From the IMG/VR virus record IMGVR_UViG_3300032235_000467: a DNA stretch of 64,000 nt. One strand, given 5' to 3'. Below the pieces are notes generated by a model. The model was not told where the DNA came from. It did not search any database and saw only the letters and a list, made by a program, of their open reading frames with translations. This DNA is from a virus. Each line of letters begins with the position of its first letter. The first letter of the stretch is position 1. Both the position numbers and the translations under genes were made by a program. Shown one piece after another: positions 46,592 through 56,884 of the stretch.

Positions 46592-48031
46592 ATGAAAGCA
46601 GGTTATATTAAAAAAGAAGACAGGAAGAAAATACTCTTTATAGGAGACGACATTAGGTTTTTCTCAGGTATCGCAACTATCTCCAGGGAATTAGTATTAG
46701 GTACAGCTCATTCATTTAACTACGTTTGTATAGGCGGAGCTATAGATCATCCGGATAAAAATAAGAGAATGGACTTATCACAGTCTACAAATGAAATTGC
46801 CGGTATTCCAGATGCATCAGTTATATTATATCCTACTAATGGATATGGAACTCAAGATCTGATAAGGCAGATGATCAATGTAGAAAAGCCTGATCTACTT
46901 GTATTCATTACTGATCCTAGATACTACGAGTGGCTATTCAGAATAGAACAGGAAATTAGGAAGACAATTCCCATGGTATATATAAACATTTGGGATTGTG
47001 AACCAGCTCCTTTGTATAACAAGAACTATTACAGATCTTGCGACACTCTACTGGCTATTTCCAAACAGACTAAAATACTTAATGAGGTTGTATTAGGAGA
47101 ATATGCAAAAGACAAAACCATTAAATACTTCCCACATGGTATTAATGAAAACAATTTCTACCCAATAAGGGAAGGGCACGAACAGTATTCAAAACTACAA
47201 GCTTTTAAAAACAATCTACTTAAGGATAAAGATTTTGAATTTGTTTTACTGTTCAATAGTAGGAACATCAGAAGAAAGTCTATACCAGATACCATATTAG
47301 CATTCAGGCATTTCTTAGATCAACTGCCCTCAGAAAAAGCAGATAAATGTTGTTTAGTGCTACATACTCACAAAGTAGACGATAATGGTACGGATCTTCC
47401 AGCAGTTATTGATTTATTGATGGGAGACAAAGGAGATCAGATAATATTTTCAAATCCTGGAGAAGGAGTTGAGTATATGAATATGTTATACAATTCTTCG
47501 GATGCTACAGTATTGTTATCTTCTAACGAAGGTTGGGGATTATCTCTTACAGAGTCAATGATGTGCGGTAGAATGATTATTGCAAACGTAACTGGAGGTA
47601 TGCAAGATCAAATGAGGTTTGAAGATGAAAAAGGCAATTGGATTGAGTTTGATGAATCTTTCTGTACTAACCATCTAGGAAGATACAAGAAGTGTGGAGA
47701 GTGGGCTATTCCTGTATTTCCTTGTGGAATAAGCATTCAAGGATCTCCTCCAACTCCTTACATATCAGATGACAGAGTAGACTTCAGAGACGCGTCTAAA
47801 GCTATTATGGAATTATATAACATGGGTAAAGAAGAGAGAGATAACAAAGGATTGAAAGCAAGAGAGTGGGTAACTTCTTCTGAATCTATGATGAGTGCTA
47901 GCAGCATGTCAAAAAACTTCATTGAAGGTATCCAGGAAACTTTAGACAACTGGAAACCTAGAGGCAGATTCCATATTAAAAAAATAGAAGATAGGCCATT
48001 GAAAACTATAAAACATTATATATCTTTGTAA
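46592..48031 (+). CDS. GT-B (GT4-like) glycosyltransferase
   Basis: SG.A, PHGI, RNIRRK, EGWGLSLTE, GGM.D. Confidence 0.88.
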   Translation: MKAGYIKKEDRKKILFIGDDIRFFSGIATISRELVLGTAHSFNYVCIGGAIDHPDKNKRMDLSQSTNEIAGIPDASVILYPTNGYGTQDLIRQMINVEKPDLLVFITDPRYYEWLFRIEQEIRKTIPMVYINIWDCEPAPLYNKNYYRSCDTLLAISKQTKILNEVVLGEYAKDKTIKYFPHGINENNFYPIREGHEQYSKLQAFKNNLLKDKDFEFVLLFNSRNIRRKSIPDTILAFRHFLDQLPSEKADKCCLVLHTHKVDDNGTDLPAVIDLLMGDKGDQIIFSNPGEGVEYMNMLYNSSDATVLLSSNEGWGLSLTESMMCGRMIIANVTGGMQDQMRFEDEKGNWIEFDESFCTNHLGRYKKCGEWAIPVFPCGISIQGSPPTPYISDDRVDFRDASKAIMELYNMGKEERDNKGLKAREWVTSSESMMSASSMSKNFIEGIQETLDNWKPRGRFHIKKIEDRPLKTIKHYISL

Positions 48032-48040
48032 TCAACTGTT

Positions 48041-49324
48041 ATGAATAAACTTACATGTGTTGTTTCTTGCCCAATAGATATTATTTCCGGTTATGGATCT
48101 CGTAGTCGTGATTTTGTAAAAGCTTTGATAAAAGCCAAAGGAGAAGAGTGGGATATAAAAATCCTCTCTCAGAGATGGGGAGAGTGTCCTTACGGAGCTT
48201 TAAGCAGAGATATACCAGAAGATCTAGATTTGATTAATAGAGTAATGCCACAGATGGACACACAACCTGATATCTGGTTTCAGATTACCGTGGCTAATGA
48301 ATTTCAACCTGTAGGTAAAGTTAGTATTGGAGTATCTGCGTTGGTAGAAACTACAATACTTCCGGCTGAGCTACTAGAAGGTTTGAATAGAATGAACTTT
48401 AATATAGTATCATCTGAGTTTGTAAAAGATGTAGCTAATAAGACCAGCTTTGATAAGATTGATCCAAACACTAGGCAAAAGCAAGAGACTATTAACCTAA
48501 CCAAACATCTTGAAGTATTATTTGAAGGTGTGGATACAAACAAGTATAAGAGATTAGAAAAGTCTAACTTTGATCTATCTGAAGTAAAAGAAGAGTTTTG
48601 TTTCTTGACTGTAGCACATTGGCTGACTGGTGATACTGGTGAAGATAGAAAACAACTTACCACTCTTATTAAATCATTCCTTACAGTTTTTAAAGATAAA
48701 AAGAAACGTCCAGCTCTTATTCTTAAAACTAGTTTAGCAGGTTTTAGTATTGTGGAAGAGGAGAAGATACTAGACAGTATAGATATTATTAGAAAAAGTG
48801 TTGGTGGAGATATGCCAAACATCTATCTATTGTATGGCGAGTTGACTGAGGAAGAAATGAATCACTTGTACAACCATGAAAAAGTAAAAGCTTTTGCTCT
48901 GGTAGGCAACGAAGGATTTGGCAGGCCATATCTAGAGTTCTCAGCAGCATCTAGCAAACCTATCATAGCATCTCCATTCAGTGGGCATACTGACTTTCTT
49001 AACGAAGAATATAACATTTTTGTACAAGGTAAGGTAGAACAAATACACCCATCAGCAGCTAATCAGTTTTTGATAAAGGAAGCCAGTTGGTTTAAAGCAG
49101 ATCCTAAATCAGTAGAGGATTCTTTAAAAGCTGTGTATGAAAACTACAACAAGTATATAGACAATGCAAAGAGACAAGGACACCAATCAAGAACTCAGTT
49201 TAGTTTTGATAAAATGGTAGAAAAACTAGCTGAGATACTTGAGAAGAATGTTCCTAAGTTGAGCGTCCCTCAAATGATAAAACTTCCAAAGCTTAAAACC
49301 CGTGGACAGAGGCAAGAAGATTAG
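48041..49324 (+). CDS. GT-B (GT4-like) glycosyltransferase
   Basis: SGYG..SR, EGVD, RK, EGFGRP.LE, SGH.DF. Confidence 0.88.
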   Translation: MNKLTCVVSCPIDIISGYGSRSRDFVKALIKAKGEEWDIKILSQRWGECPYGALSRDIPEDLDLINRVMPQMDTQPDIWFQITVANEFQPVGKVSIGVSALVETTILPAELLEGLNRMNFNIVSSEFVKDVANKTSFDKIDPNTRQKQETINLTKHLEVLFEGVDTNKYKRLEKSNFDLSEVKEEFCFLTVAHWLTGDTGEDRKQLTTLIKSFLTVFKDKKKRPALILKTSLAGFSIVEEEKILDSIDIIRKSVGGDMPNIYLLYGELTEEEMNHLYNHEKVKAFALVGNEGFGRPYLEFSAASSKPIIASPFSGHTDFLNEEYNIFVQGKVEQIHPSAANQFLIKEASWFKADPKSVEDSLKAVYENYNKYIDNAKRQGHQSRTQFSFDKMVEKLAEILEKNVPKLSVPQMIKLPKLKTRGQRQED

Positions 49325-49351
49325 CTCAAAAAAATAAAAAACAAAAATAGC

Positions 49352-49840
49352 ATGGATAGCAAAAGTTTTATAAGTTGGCTAAAGGGTTTTACAGAAGCTT
49401 GTCCAGAGTTTCACCCAACTCCTAAACAGTGGGATAGATTAAAGGAAGTGTTGAACGAAGTAGAGGACTATGATGATAATCCTGGAATAGATGTTGAGAT
49501 TGATGATTGGAAATCAGAACGCGATATATTTAGAAACCCTTCTCACCCTCCTCCTATGGGTCCTTATACAGCCCCTTATTGGCCATTGGGTACTCCAGGA
49601 TGGATACAAAATCCAGGAACTACTTCAGGAATTACAATAATCTCAGGATCAGGCTATATAACAACCTCAGGATCAGGCAACACGTTCACAACCACTGATG
49701 GAACCACTTCAACAACGGTATGGAACGATAAGATGGGATGTTGGCATTACACTAACTATCCTGAAGGATTTGGATACTATACCAATACCACACTGCATAA
49801 AACAACTCCAGAAGAAACAAAAAAACAATTATTAGATTAA
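49352..49840 (+). CDS. Hypothetical protein with Pro/Thr/Gly low-complexity region
   Basis: F..WLKGF...PT.KQW..LKE.L N-terminal motif followed by a low-complexity tail. Confidence 0.6.
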   Translation: MDSKSFISWLKGFTEACPEFHPTPKQWDRLKEVLNEVEDYDDNPGIDVEIDDWKSERDIFRNPSHPPPMGPYTAPYWPLGTPGWIQNPGTTSGITIISGSGYITTSGSGNTFTTTDGTTSTTVWNDKMGCWHYTNYPEGFGYYTNTTLHKTTPEETKKQLLD

Positions 49841-49841
49841 T

Positions 49842-50285
49842 ATGCAAGATCAATTAACAACCTGCCGAAAATGTAAGAGTCCATTATGTTATGAACGCCA
49901 TAATGATGGAGTAGTAAGCTGGGACTGTTTACAATGTGGATTCACTACAAATACTTTATTACTTCAAAACACAGAAACTGTAGTGTCTTATGAGTCTATG
50001 ATTCCAAACTTGTTTAGAGACATTAAGTATTTAGATGAGGATGGATTTGTATGGTACCCGACAACTATAACTAAAGAGGGGGTAGGTATTGTATTTGCGG
50101 ACGGTACGTCTAAAGATAGTTGGAAGTGGGCATTTGCTCCTCATGTGCCAGTAACTGAGGAAGAGAAGGAGAGGTTCAAGAAAGCAGATGGAACTTACCA
50201 CCAGTACAAGACAGACATGAAACATGTTCTTCATTTTGATCAAGAATATTTCTCAAGAGCTTTAGAGGCCGCAGGATTAATTTAA
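49842..50285 (+). CDS. Zinc-ribbon-containing protein
   Basis: CRKC...CLQCGF. Confidence 0.65.
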   Translation: MQDQLTTCRKCKSPLCYERHNDGVVSWDCLQCGFTTNTLLLQNTETVVSYESMIPNLFRDIKYLDEDGFVWYPTTITKEGVGIVFADGTSKDSWKWAFAPHVPVTEEEKERFKKADGTYHQYKTDMKHVLHFDQEYFSRALEAAGLI

Positions 50286-50289
50286 TATC

Positions 50290-50913
50290 ATGGTACCTAT
50301 ATCATATTGCATAACGACTCATAATGAAGGAGAAGCTTATATAAGACCCCTCCTAGAAAGATTGTTAAAGCATCTACAACCGGAAGATGAGATTGTAGTA
50401 GTAGATGATTTCTCTACAGACGAGTCTACAGTGGCCGTATTAGAGGAGTATAGAGATAAAGTTAATTTGTATTTCAATTCATTAGATAATAATTTTGCAG
50501 CACATAAAAACTTTGCTAAATCTAAATGTACAAAGGATTACATATTCTTTATAGATGCTGATGAAAATTTACATGAGAATCTATTGATAACTCTAAAAGA
50601 AATTTTACTTAATAACCTGAACGTAGATCTATTCTTAGTGCCAAGGATAAACGTAGTGCCAGGGCTTACCCAAAATCATATCCAGAAGTGGGGATGGCAG
50701 GTTAATGATAAAGGATACATCAATTATCCAGATCTACAAACTAGAATTGTAGTAAATAAACCTGAGATAGTGTGGGAGAATAAAGTGCATGAAAGATTGG
50801 TAGGACACAGCACACACGCAGCTCTTCCATTTGAGACAGAGGACTATTGTCTTCTCCACATAAAGAGTATAAAAAGGCAAGAAGAACAGAATAACTTCTA
50901 CAACACTTTGTAA
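50290..50913 (+). CDS. GT-A (GT2) glycosyltransferase
   Basis: I.T.NE, VVDD.STD, IDADE (DxD), VHE. Confidence 0.9.
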   Translation: MVPISYCITTHNEGEAYIRPLLERLLKHLQPEDEIVVVDDFSTDESTVAVLEEYRDKVNLYFNSLDNNFAAHKNFAKSKCTKDYIFFIDADENLHENLLITLKEILLNNLNVDLFLVPRINVVPGLTQNHIQKWGWQVNDKGYINYPDLQTRIVVNKPEIVWENKVHERLVGHSTHAALPFETEDYCLLHIKSIKRQEEQNNFYNTL

Positions 50914-51833
50914 TGAATATACTATTTCACTCTAATCAATTAGGTATTAGGGGAACTGAAGTAGCTTTGTACGACTACGCTCACTACAATGAAACCATAC
51001 TAGGTAACGTATCTTATATAGCAGCTCCGGCTAATTCAGATATGTCTGCTTTAGAGAAGTTTAAAAGTAGATTTGGCAATAGAGTCATATTGTATAATTC
51101 TTTTGGAGAACTATTGTTTTCTTCTTCGTATAGAATAGACGCTGCTTATTTTATAAAAGCCGGATTTAATGACGGCATACTATGTCCTGGTGTTAAAAAT
51201 ATTGTACATGCAGTGTTTGATGCATCAGACAAACATGGAGATGTATATGTAGCAGTGAGTGAGTGGCTAGGTAAAAAACACAATGTAGACTATCTTCCTC
51301 ACATTGTATCCTTACCTGATATAAAAGAAGACTTTAGGGATTTTATTGGAGCTTCTGACAATGATATTGTATTTGGAAGATATGGAGGTTATGATCAATT
51401 TGATGTTTCTTATTTAGGGGAGGTTATAAAAAAGGCTGCAGAAGAAGGAATTAAGTTCTTGTTAATGAATACAAAGCAATTTAATTTCCAACATCCGAAT
51501 GTAATATATACGGAAGCTAATACAGACCTAAATACAAAGGCTGCATTCATTAATACATGTGACGCTATGCTGCATGGTAGAACTGATGGTGAATCCTTTG
51601 GATTAGCAGTGGCGGAGTTTTTGCATCAGAATAAACCAGTAGTTACCACCCCTCAGTGTAGAGATAAAAATCATATACAAGTTCTTGGTGATAAAGGGTT
51701 GTATTATAATAATGGCAATGAATTATATACTATACTGACTTCTTTTGAAAAGAAAGATTATAATGTTAAACCTTTGGTAGATCAGTTTAAACCTGAGGTA
51801 GTTATGCAAAAATTTAAAAATTTAATATATTAA
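50913..51833 (+). CDS. GT-B glycosyltransferase
   Basis: RGTEVA, GRYGG, GESFGLAVAEF. Confidence 0.82.
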   Translation: MNILFHSNQLGIRGTEVALYDYAHYNETILGNVSYIAAPANSDMSALEKFKSRFGNRVILYNSFGELLFSSSYRIDAAYFIKAGFNDGILCPGVKNIVHAVFDASDKHGDVYVAVSEWLGKKHNVDYLPHIVSLPDIKEDFRDFIGASDNDIVFGRYGGYDQFDVSYLGEVIKKAAEEGIKFLLMNTKQFNFQHPNVIYTEANTDLNTKAAFINTCDAMLHGRTDGESFGLAVAEFLHQNKPVVTTPQCRDKNHIQVLGDKGLYYNNGNELYTILTSFEKKDYNVKPLVDQFKPEVVMQKFKNLIY

Positions 51834-51836
51834 ATC

Positions 51837-52508
51837 ATGGACAAAGTGTTTGTTAATTTCCCGAGAGTGTTAAAGTATTTTACTCCTGTATCATATCTAG
51901 ATGTTGGGGTTTGTAAAGGACATGCTATACCTTATATACTAGGCAATCTTACTTCTATTAAAAAAGTAGAAATGATAGAAGCCTGTAGACTGCACGAGGA
52001 TGATTTAAAAGAGGTAAGCCTTAAATATAATATACCTTATAAAATAGAAGTTTTATCAGATAAGATAAAAGAAGTTGATTTTTATTTAAATGGGGCAGGT
52101 AGAGAGTCAACTGGTCCTGGTAATTCATATTATAAGGAAGACACTCCTCATTATAATGGTACTCCTGTAGAAAAAAGAGTTACAAATACTTTAGATAATA
52201 TATACGATGATACAGAGTCTTTTGATTTGATTAAGATGGATACTCAAGGAAGTGAGCTTGATATTATAAAAGGCGGCTTAAAATTAATATCTAAAGCAAA
52301 AGGAATAATACTAGAGGAGAATATTGTTCCTTTTAATTTTGGAGCTCCATTACATGCTGAAATAAAATCTTATATGGAAAGTATAGGATTTATATTAGTA
52401 GATATACTAGATGATAAAAATTATGGTATAGAAAACTCAAAAGGAGAGCAAGTGCCACATCATGAAATAGATACTTTATATATAAGAAAGTCATTATTAA
52501 ATGAGTAG
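51837..52508 (+). CDS. FkbM-family methyltransferase
   Basis: LDVG...G, IEA, TLD, DLIKMDTQGSEL.I.KG. Confidence 0.85.
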   Translation: MDKVFVNFPRVLKYFTPVSYLDVGVCKGHAIPYILGNLTSIKKVEMIEACRLHEDDLKEVSLKYNIPYKIEVLSDKIKEVDFYLNGAGRESTGPGNSYYKEDTPHYNGTPVEKRVTNTLDNIYDDTESFDLIKMDTQGSELDIIKGGLKLISKAKGIILEENIVPFNFGAPLHAEIKSYMESIGFILVDILDDKNYGIENSKGEQVPHHEIDTLYIRKSLLNE

Positions 52509-52560
52509 TATGACTGAGTATTTAATTATCTCACGGCAAAGCTCTAGTAAATAAAAAAAT

Positions 52561-53214
52561 ATGATGTTCTCAGTTATAATACCAACAATGTTCAGGTGTA
52601 TCGATACTACAAATGAACTATTAGCTAATTTATATGAAGATCCTTTTGTATCTGAAGTTATATTAATAGATAATACTGAAAATTATAATGATACTATAAG
52701 AATACTGAACAATGATAAGCTTAAAATAAAGTCTCAAAGCAAAAACATATATGTAAACCCTGCTTGGAATCTAGGAGTGGCTACAGCAAAAGAGGATTAT
52801 ATTGCCATAATAAATGATGATGTAACAATACCAGAACAGATATTCACAGGATTATCTCAAGCTAATATAAAAGATTTAGGAGTAATAGGAGCATTTCATC
52901 CATTAATACAACAAGTAGAAGTTCCAACAAGATTTACAATAACCCAGTTTAATTTATTAGAGATTTACGAAAGAACTTGGGGATTTGGCATCTTTATGGT
53001 TATGTATAAGGATCACTATGTTAACATACCGGAAGAAATGAAAATATGGTGCGGTGATGATTACCTGTACCATCAAAACATTTTAGCCAAAAGAATAAAC
53101 TATGTAATGGCATTTCCTGTACAAACTAGAATGAGTGTAACTTCAAATGATTCTGCATTTGATGAAATAAAAAATAAAGACGTAGAGATATACAATTTAA
53201 AATATAAAATATGA
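52561..53214 (+). CDS. GT-A (GT2-like) glycosyltransferase
   Basis: SVIIPT, LIDN, N..VNPAWN.G, INDD, W.GDD. Confidence 0.82.
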   Translation: MMFSVIIPTMFRCIDTTNELLANLYEDPFVSEVILIDNTENYNDTIRILNNDKLKIKSQSKNIYVNPAWNLGVATAKEDYIAIINDDVTIPEQIFTGLSQANIKDLGVIGAFHPLIQQVEVPTRFTITQFNLLEIYERTWGFGIFMVMYKDHYVNIPEEMKIWCGDDYLYHQNILAKRINYVMAFPVQTRMSVTSNDSAFDEIKNKDVEIYNLKYKI

Positions 53215-53825
53215 AAAGGTACGAAATTATAAACAGGTTCATAAAAGAGAGAGGGTATAAAGATTATTTAGAGATAGGAGTGTTTACCGGACAATGTATG
53301 AGGGAGATTATTGCAGAAAATAAAACTGGAGTAGATCCAGGATCAGAAGGACACATAGCTGAAGAAGTTACCCATCCAATGACATCAGACCAGTTCTTTA
53401 GCAGTATTAAAGGATCTGATAAAATGTATGATATTATATTCATAGACGGCCTTCATCACTCGTATCAAGTGGATGTTGATATAGAAAATGCATTGTCTCA
53501 TCTTAAAGATAATGGAGTTATAATATTGCATGATTGTAATCCTGAACAGGAAGTATATACTTTAGTACCAAGGGTGAGTCCCATATGGCACGGTGATGTG
53601 TACAAATCTGTTTTAAGATTCAGATCTAAAAATATTCATAGCTTCTTTACTATTGATACAGACTGCGGTTGTGGTGTTATATACAAAGACTATAAAGGAG
53701 ACTCTCAAAATGATGTAGAAGAGTATAAGAAAGGATTACATTCGTGGAGTTATTTCTTTGATAATAAATCAAAGTTATTAAATTTAATAAGCGTAGAAGA
53801 TTTTACTAAACTGAATTTAAATTAA
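53211..53825 (+). CDS. Class I SAM-dependent methyltransferase
   Basis: YLEIGV..G, GVDP, DIIFIDGLH, HD. Confidence 0.85.
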   Translation: MKRYEIINRFIKERGYKDYLEIGVFTGQCMREIIAENKTGVDPGSEGHIAEEVTHPMTSDQFFSSIKGSDKMYDIIFIDGLHHSYQVDVDIENALSHLKDNGVIILHDCNPEQEVYTLVPRVSPIWHGDVYKSVLRFRSKNIHSFFTIDTDCGCGVIYKDYKGDSQNDVEEYKKGLHSWSYFFDNKSKLLNLISVEDFTKLNLN

Positions 53826-53838
53826 CTAAAGATAATAC

Positions 53839-54561
53839 ATGAGTAAACTTAATCTATCAATAGGAATATTAACTTGGAATGCACACAATACTCTGAGGAA
53901 CACACTAGAGAGTTATAAAAAATCTGGTCTACTAGACATGGTAAATGATGTCTGTATTTTTGCACAGGAGGGAAAAGAGTTAGACTACAAACTAGCGTCT
54001 GATTATGGAATAGACATAATACTTAGCCCCACTAACGTAGGTATAGGAGTGGGATTAACTACTTTAGCACACGCAGCAGAGACCGATAATATACTACTGC
54101 TAGAAAATGATTGGATCATTCTACCTGAATACTTCTCTACAGTATATAGCGAACTGTCAAAAGGTATCGATATGATTGAGAAAAGTAAGGCAGACGTAGT
54201 AAAGTTCAGAAGCCGGAGAGTTCCAGGAGATCCTTTATACACTTTGCAATTTGCGAATCGAGAATTTGATAGCCCCAAGCATTTGTTTGAGTGTACACAT
54301 TGGAGAGAGAATCCGGATCAGGACTTTCCTGAACATATAAGTAAAGACTCAGAAACAGGACTTTACTATGCTAAATCAAAATACGCTAATCAAACAAATA
54401 ATCCTTGTATTTATAATAAAGAATTTTATATTAAAAACATATCCCCCTTTTCCGGAGATGGTGTACAACTAGAAGAAAAGATATTTGATTGGTGGGCCGA
54501 TCAAGATTTCACAGTTGCGCATGGAGAAGGATTATTCACCCATTATAGAGTTGATCGATGA
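53839..54561 (+). CDS. Putative GT-A glycosyltransferase
   Basis: IGILTW, N.GIG.G, LLENDW (DxD-like), NNP and a C-terminal H. Confidence 0.65.
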   Translation: MSKLNLSIGILTWNAHNTLRNTLESYKKSGLLDMVNDVCIFAQEGKELDYKLASDYGIDIILSPTNVGIGVGLTTLAHAAETDNILLLENDWIILPEYFSTVYSELSKGIDMIEKSKADVVKFRSRRVPGDPLYTLQFANREFDSPKHLFECTHWRENPDQDFPEHISKDSETGLYYAKSKYANQTNNPCIYNKEFYIKNISPFSGDGVQLEEKIFDWWADQDFTVAHGEGLFTHYRVDR

Positions 54562-55190
54562 AACAATTAACGCTTGTTATTTTATTAGTATTTTTAGGAA
54601 TCACCGCATTTACACAGCATACAGTACTATTAAAGCATAAGCAATACGAAACCAACTTTGATACGTCTTTAAAGTACCCTAAAAAAGTTTATTGGGTGGT
54701 GACTAAGAAATCATTAACTTGCGTTACCAAATATCCAAGATCAAACAAATTTGTAGCCGATCCTCTTCTGCCTAAACAGACTGATTTGGATAAAGATTAT
54801 GTTAAGTCTGGGTATGACAGAGGGCATAATTTTACAGCAGCCGATGCTGCTTGTGATTCCACATCTATGAGAGAATCTTTTTTCTTTTCTAATATGACAC
54901 CCCAGCACCCAACAGTAAATAGAGGAGACTGGAAACAACTAGAAGAGTTTACAAGAGAGCTGTCATTAAAGCATGATTCAGTAAAAGTATGGTCAGGATC
55001 TTGGGGAGTTCAAACTAAGGCAGGAAGAGTATCAGTACCTACAGATTGTTGGAAAGTTATATACATAGTTAGTACTAAAGAGTGGATGGCATTTCATTTC
55101 TTTAATACAAGATCTAATACTTTAGGATTAAAATCTCATGAAGTATCTGTAGACTTCATAGAAAAGCAAACGGGTTATAAATTTAAATAA
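54558..55190 (+). CDS. Secreted DNA/RNA non-specific endonuclease (NucA/EndoG family)
   Basis: Signal peptide; SGYDRGH, SF..SNM.PQ...NRG.W..LE, VP...WK. Confidence 0.9.
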   Translation: MKQLTLVILLVFLGITAFTQHTVLLKHKQYETNFDTSLKYPKKVYWVVTKKSLTCVTKYPRSNKFVADPLLPKQTDLDKDYVKSGYDRGHNFTAADAACDSTSMRESFFFSNMTPQHPTVNRGDWKQLEEFTRELSLKHDSVKVWSGSWGVQTKAGRVSVPTDCWKVIYIVSTKEWMAFHFFNTRSNTLGLKSHEVSVDFIEKQTGYKFK

Positions 55191-55197
55191 TGTTATT

Positions 55198-56049
55198 ATG
55201 GTTTTTGATTGTTTTACTTTCTTCAATGAACTAGATCTACTTGAGTTTAGGCTAAGGTTATTGTCAGATGTAGTAGATAAATTTGTTATATGTGAATCCA
55301 ACTACACACATAGTGGTAAACTAAAGCCATATTATTTTGAGGAGAACAAAAGTAGGTATGCTAAATGGATAGATAAAATAATATACCTACCTATAGAACA
55401 ATCTGTAGAAGGTTTAAACTTTGATAAAGTAACTACATACACTCCTACAAATGGTTCTTGGATATTAGAAAACCAACAAAGGATGGCACTGCTATATGCT
55501 GGGGAGATTATGAAGGATGATGACTTTGTATTAGTAGGAGACTTGGATGAAATACCTAACCCAGAAGCTATAATAGCATTAGAACAAAGTGGTATAATAG
55601 TAAACGGTATAAACAATGCAGTTTCTTTTCCAATGATATTCCATTACTATTATATGAATTGTCAGATGGAAGGGTATGATAGAATTTGGAATGGAACGGT
55701 TGCATGTTTTGCAGACTACTTTAAACAGGTCGGACCTCAATATTTTAGAGATCATAGGAACCATTTTACCCGAATACCAGTAAATGCAGGATACCATTTC
55801 TCATATCTGGGAGGTCCTGATAAAGTTAAAACAAAGATTGAATCATTTGCACACACTGAATTTAATAGGCCGGATATAACATCTGACGTTAATATATCCA
55901 ATGCTGTTAACAATGGACAGGATATATTCAAAAGACCTGGAATATCTTATAAGGTAGTGCCTATCGAAAGCTATCCAGAACCTATACGATCCCTAATGCT
56001 TGAGTATCCACAATTCATTAAAAATGAAGTTACAGTCCCTAACTCCTAA
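55198..56049 (+). CDS. GT17-family (GnT-III-like) glycosyltransferase
   Basis: DCF.FFNELDLL..R...L...VD.FVI.E...THSG..K, E..QR, D.DEIP, G.HFSY, K..SF.H.E. Confidence 0.85.
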   Translation: MVFDCFTFFNELDLLEFRLRLLSDVVDKFVICESNYTHSGKLKPYYFEENKSRYAKWIDKIIYLPIEQSVEGLNFDKVTTYTPTNGSWILENQQRMALLYAGEIMKDDDFVLVGDLDEIPNPEAIIALEQSGIIVNGINNAVSFPMIFHYYYMNCQMEGYDRIWNGTVACFADYFKQVGPQYFRDHRNHFTRIPVNAGYHFSYLGGPDKVKTKIESFAHTEFNRPDITSDVNISNAVNNGQDIFKRPGISYKVVPIESYPEPIRSLMLEYPQFIKNEVTVPNS

Positions 56050-56854
56050 GTCTTGCTTCGCAACCATAGCTACTATTACTGAAGATAGTATGGATAAGCT
56101 GAATTTATTTATGCAGTATAATGCTGACTTGATAAAACAGTTCCCACACGTCATTATCTCCACAAATAGCTTGGATGACACTTCAATGCATACAATAAAC
56201 CTATACCATAATACATGGCGTAAATTGGTCCCTAATTGCATTATACTGAACTCTACTGTAAATAGAGGACATATGTTCGGTACTATAGACCTGGAAGAGG
56301 CTATATTAAAGTATATCAAGAGAGAACTGCCTGAAGTTCAATATTTATGGAAGTCGATGGATGATGTTATAACTACTACCGATCTACTAAATTTAGAAGT
56401 AGAAGAGGCTGAGTTTTACTATATTCCGGGATTTAGCTATGAATCAATACAGAAAGCAGGTGGAAAAGAGAATCTACGTAAAGTTTATGAAGTGTTTGAC
56501 TCAGGGTTTTACACTCCTCAAACTACTTTTTTTATTCTCGATGTCACTAATATTGATACTATTTACGGGAACGATATCGATACTAAGATTAATATTTATC
56601 AGGAAGTTAAGGCACGGAACCCGTCTATAAAGCCTTGGGAAGTTCCATTTAATACTAAGTTTGATTGTGAGACTCACTTGGGTAGGACTACCAAAGATCT
56701 AAGAAAATATTGTTTAATTGAGGACCAATTCGAGGAACTTCTCGAAATGGTGTACTATCACAGAATGGGAGACCCATCCCATAAGAATATATATTTCTAC
56801 AAACCAGGAGTCTGTCATTACCATTTTTATAAAGATTTGATATATAACGTATAA
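56024..56854 (+). CDS. Unknown protein, possibly a divergent GT-A glycosyltransferase
   Basis: NRGH..G and KSMDD resemble GT-A elements; last gene of the glycan cluster; in-frame ATG 56024. Confidence 0.45.
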   Translation: MKLQSLTPKSCFATIATITEDSMDKLNLFMQYNADLIKQFPHVIISTNSLDDTSMHTINLYHNTWRKLVPNCIILNSTVNRGHMFGTIDLEEAILKYIKRELPEVQYLWKSMDDVITTTDLLNLEVEEAEFYYIPGFSYESIQKAGGKENLRKVYEVFDSGFYTPQTTFFILDVTNIDTIYGNDIDTKINIYQEVKARNPSIKPWEVPFNTKFDCETHLGRTTKDLRKYCLIEDQFEELLEMVYYHRMGDPSHKNIYFYKPGVCHYHFYKDLIYNV

Positions 56855-56880
56855 TAACTATCTTTGCTATAGATATTTAT
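56836..56880 (+). promoter_or_regulatory. Host-type promoter plus ATATTTAT motif
   Basis: TTTG - 19 nt - TATCTTTG (56859), then ATATTTAT (56873) just before the WYL gene. Confidence 0.6.
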
Positions 56881-56884
56881 ATGC

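Noticed and set aside
52501-52554. 17-codon mini-ORF between the FkbM and GT2 genes
   Set aside because: Too short to support; may be a deletion remnant or chance.
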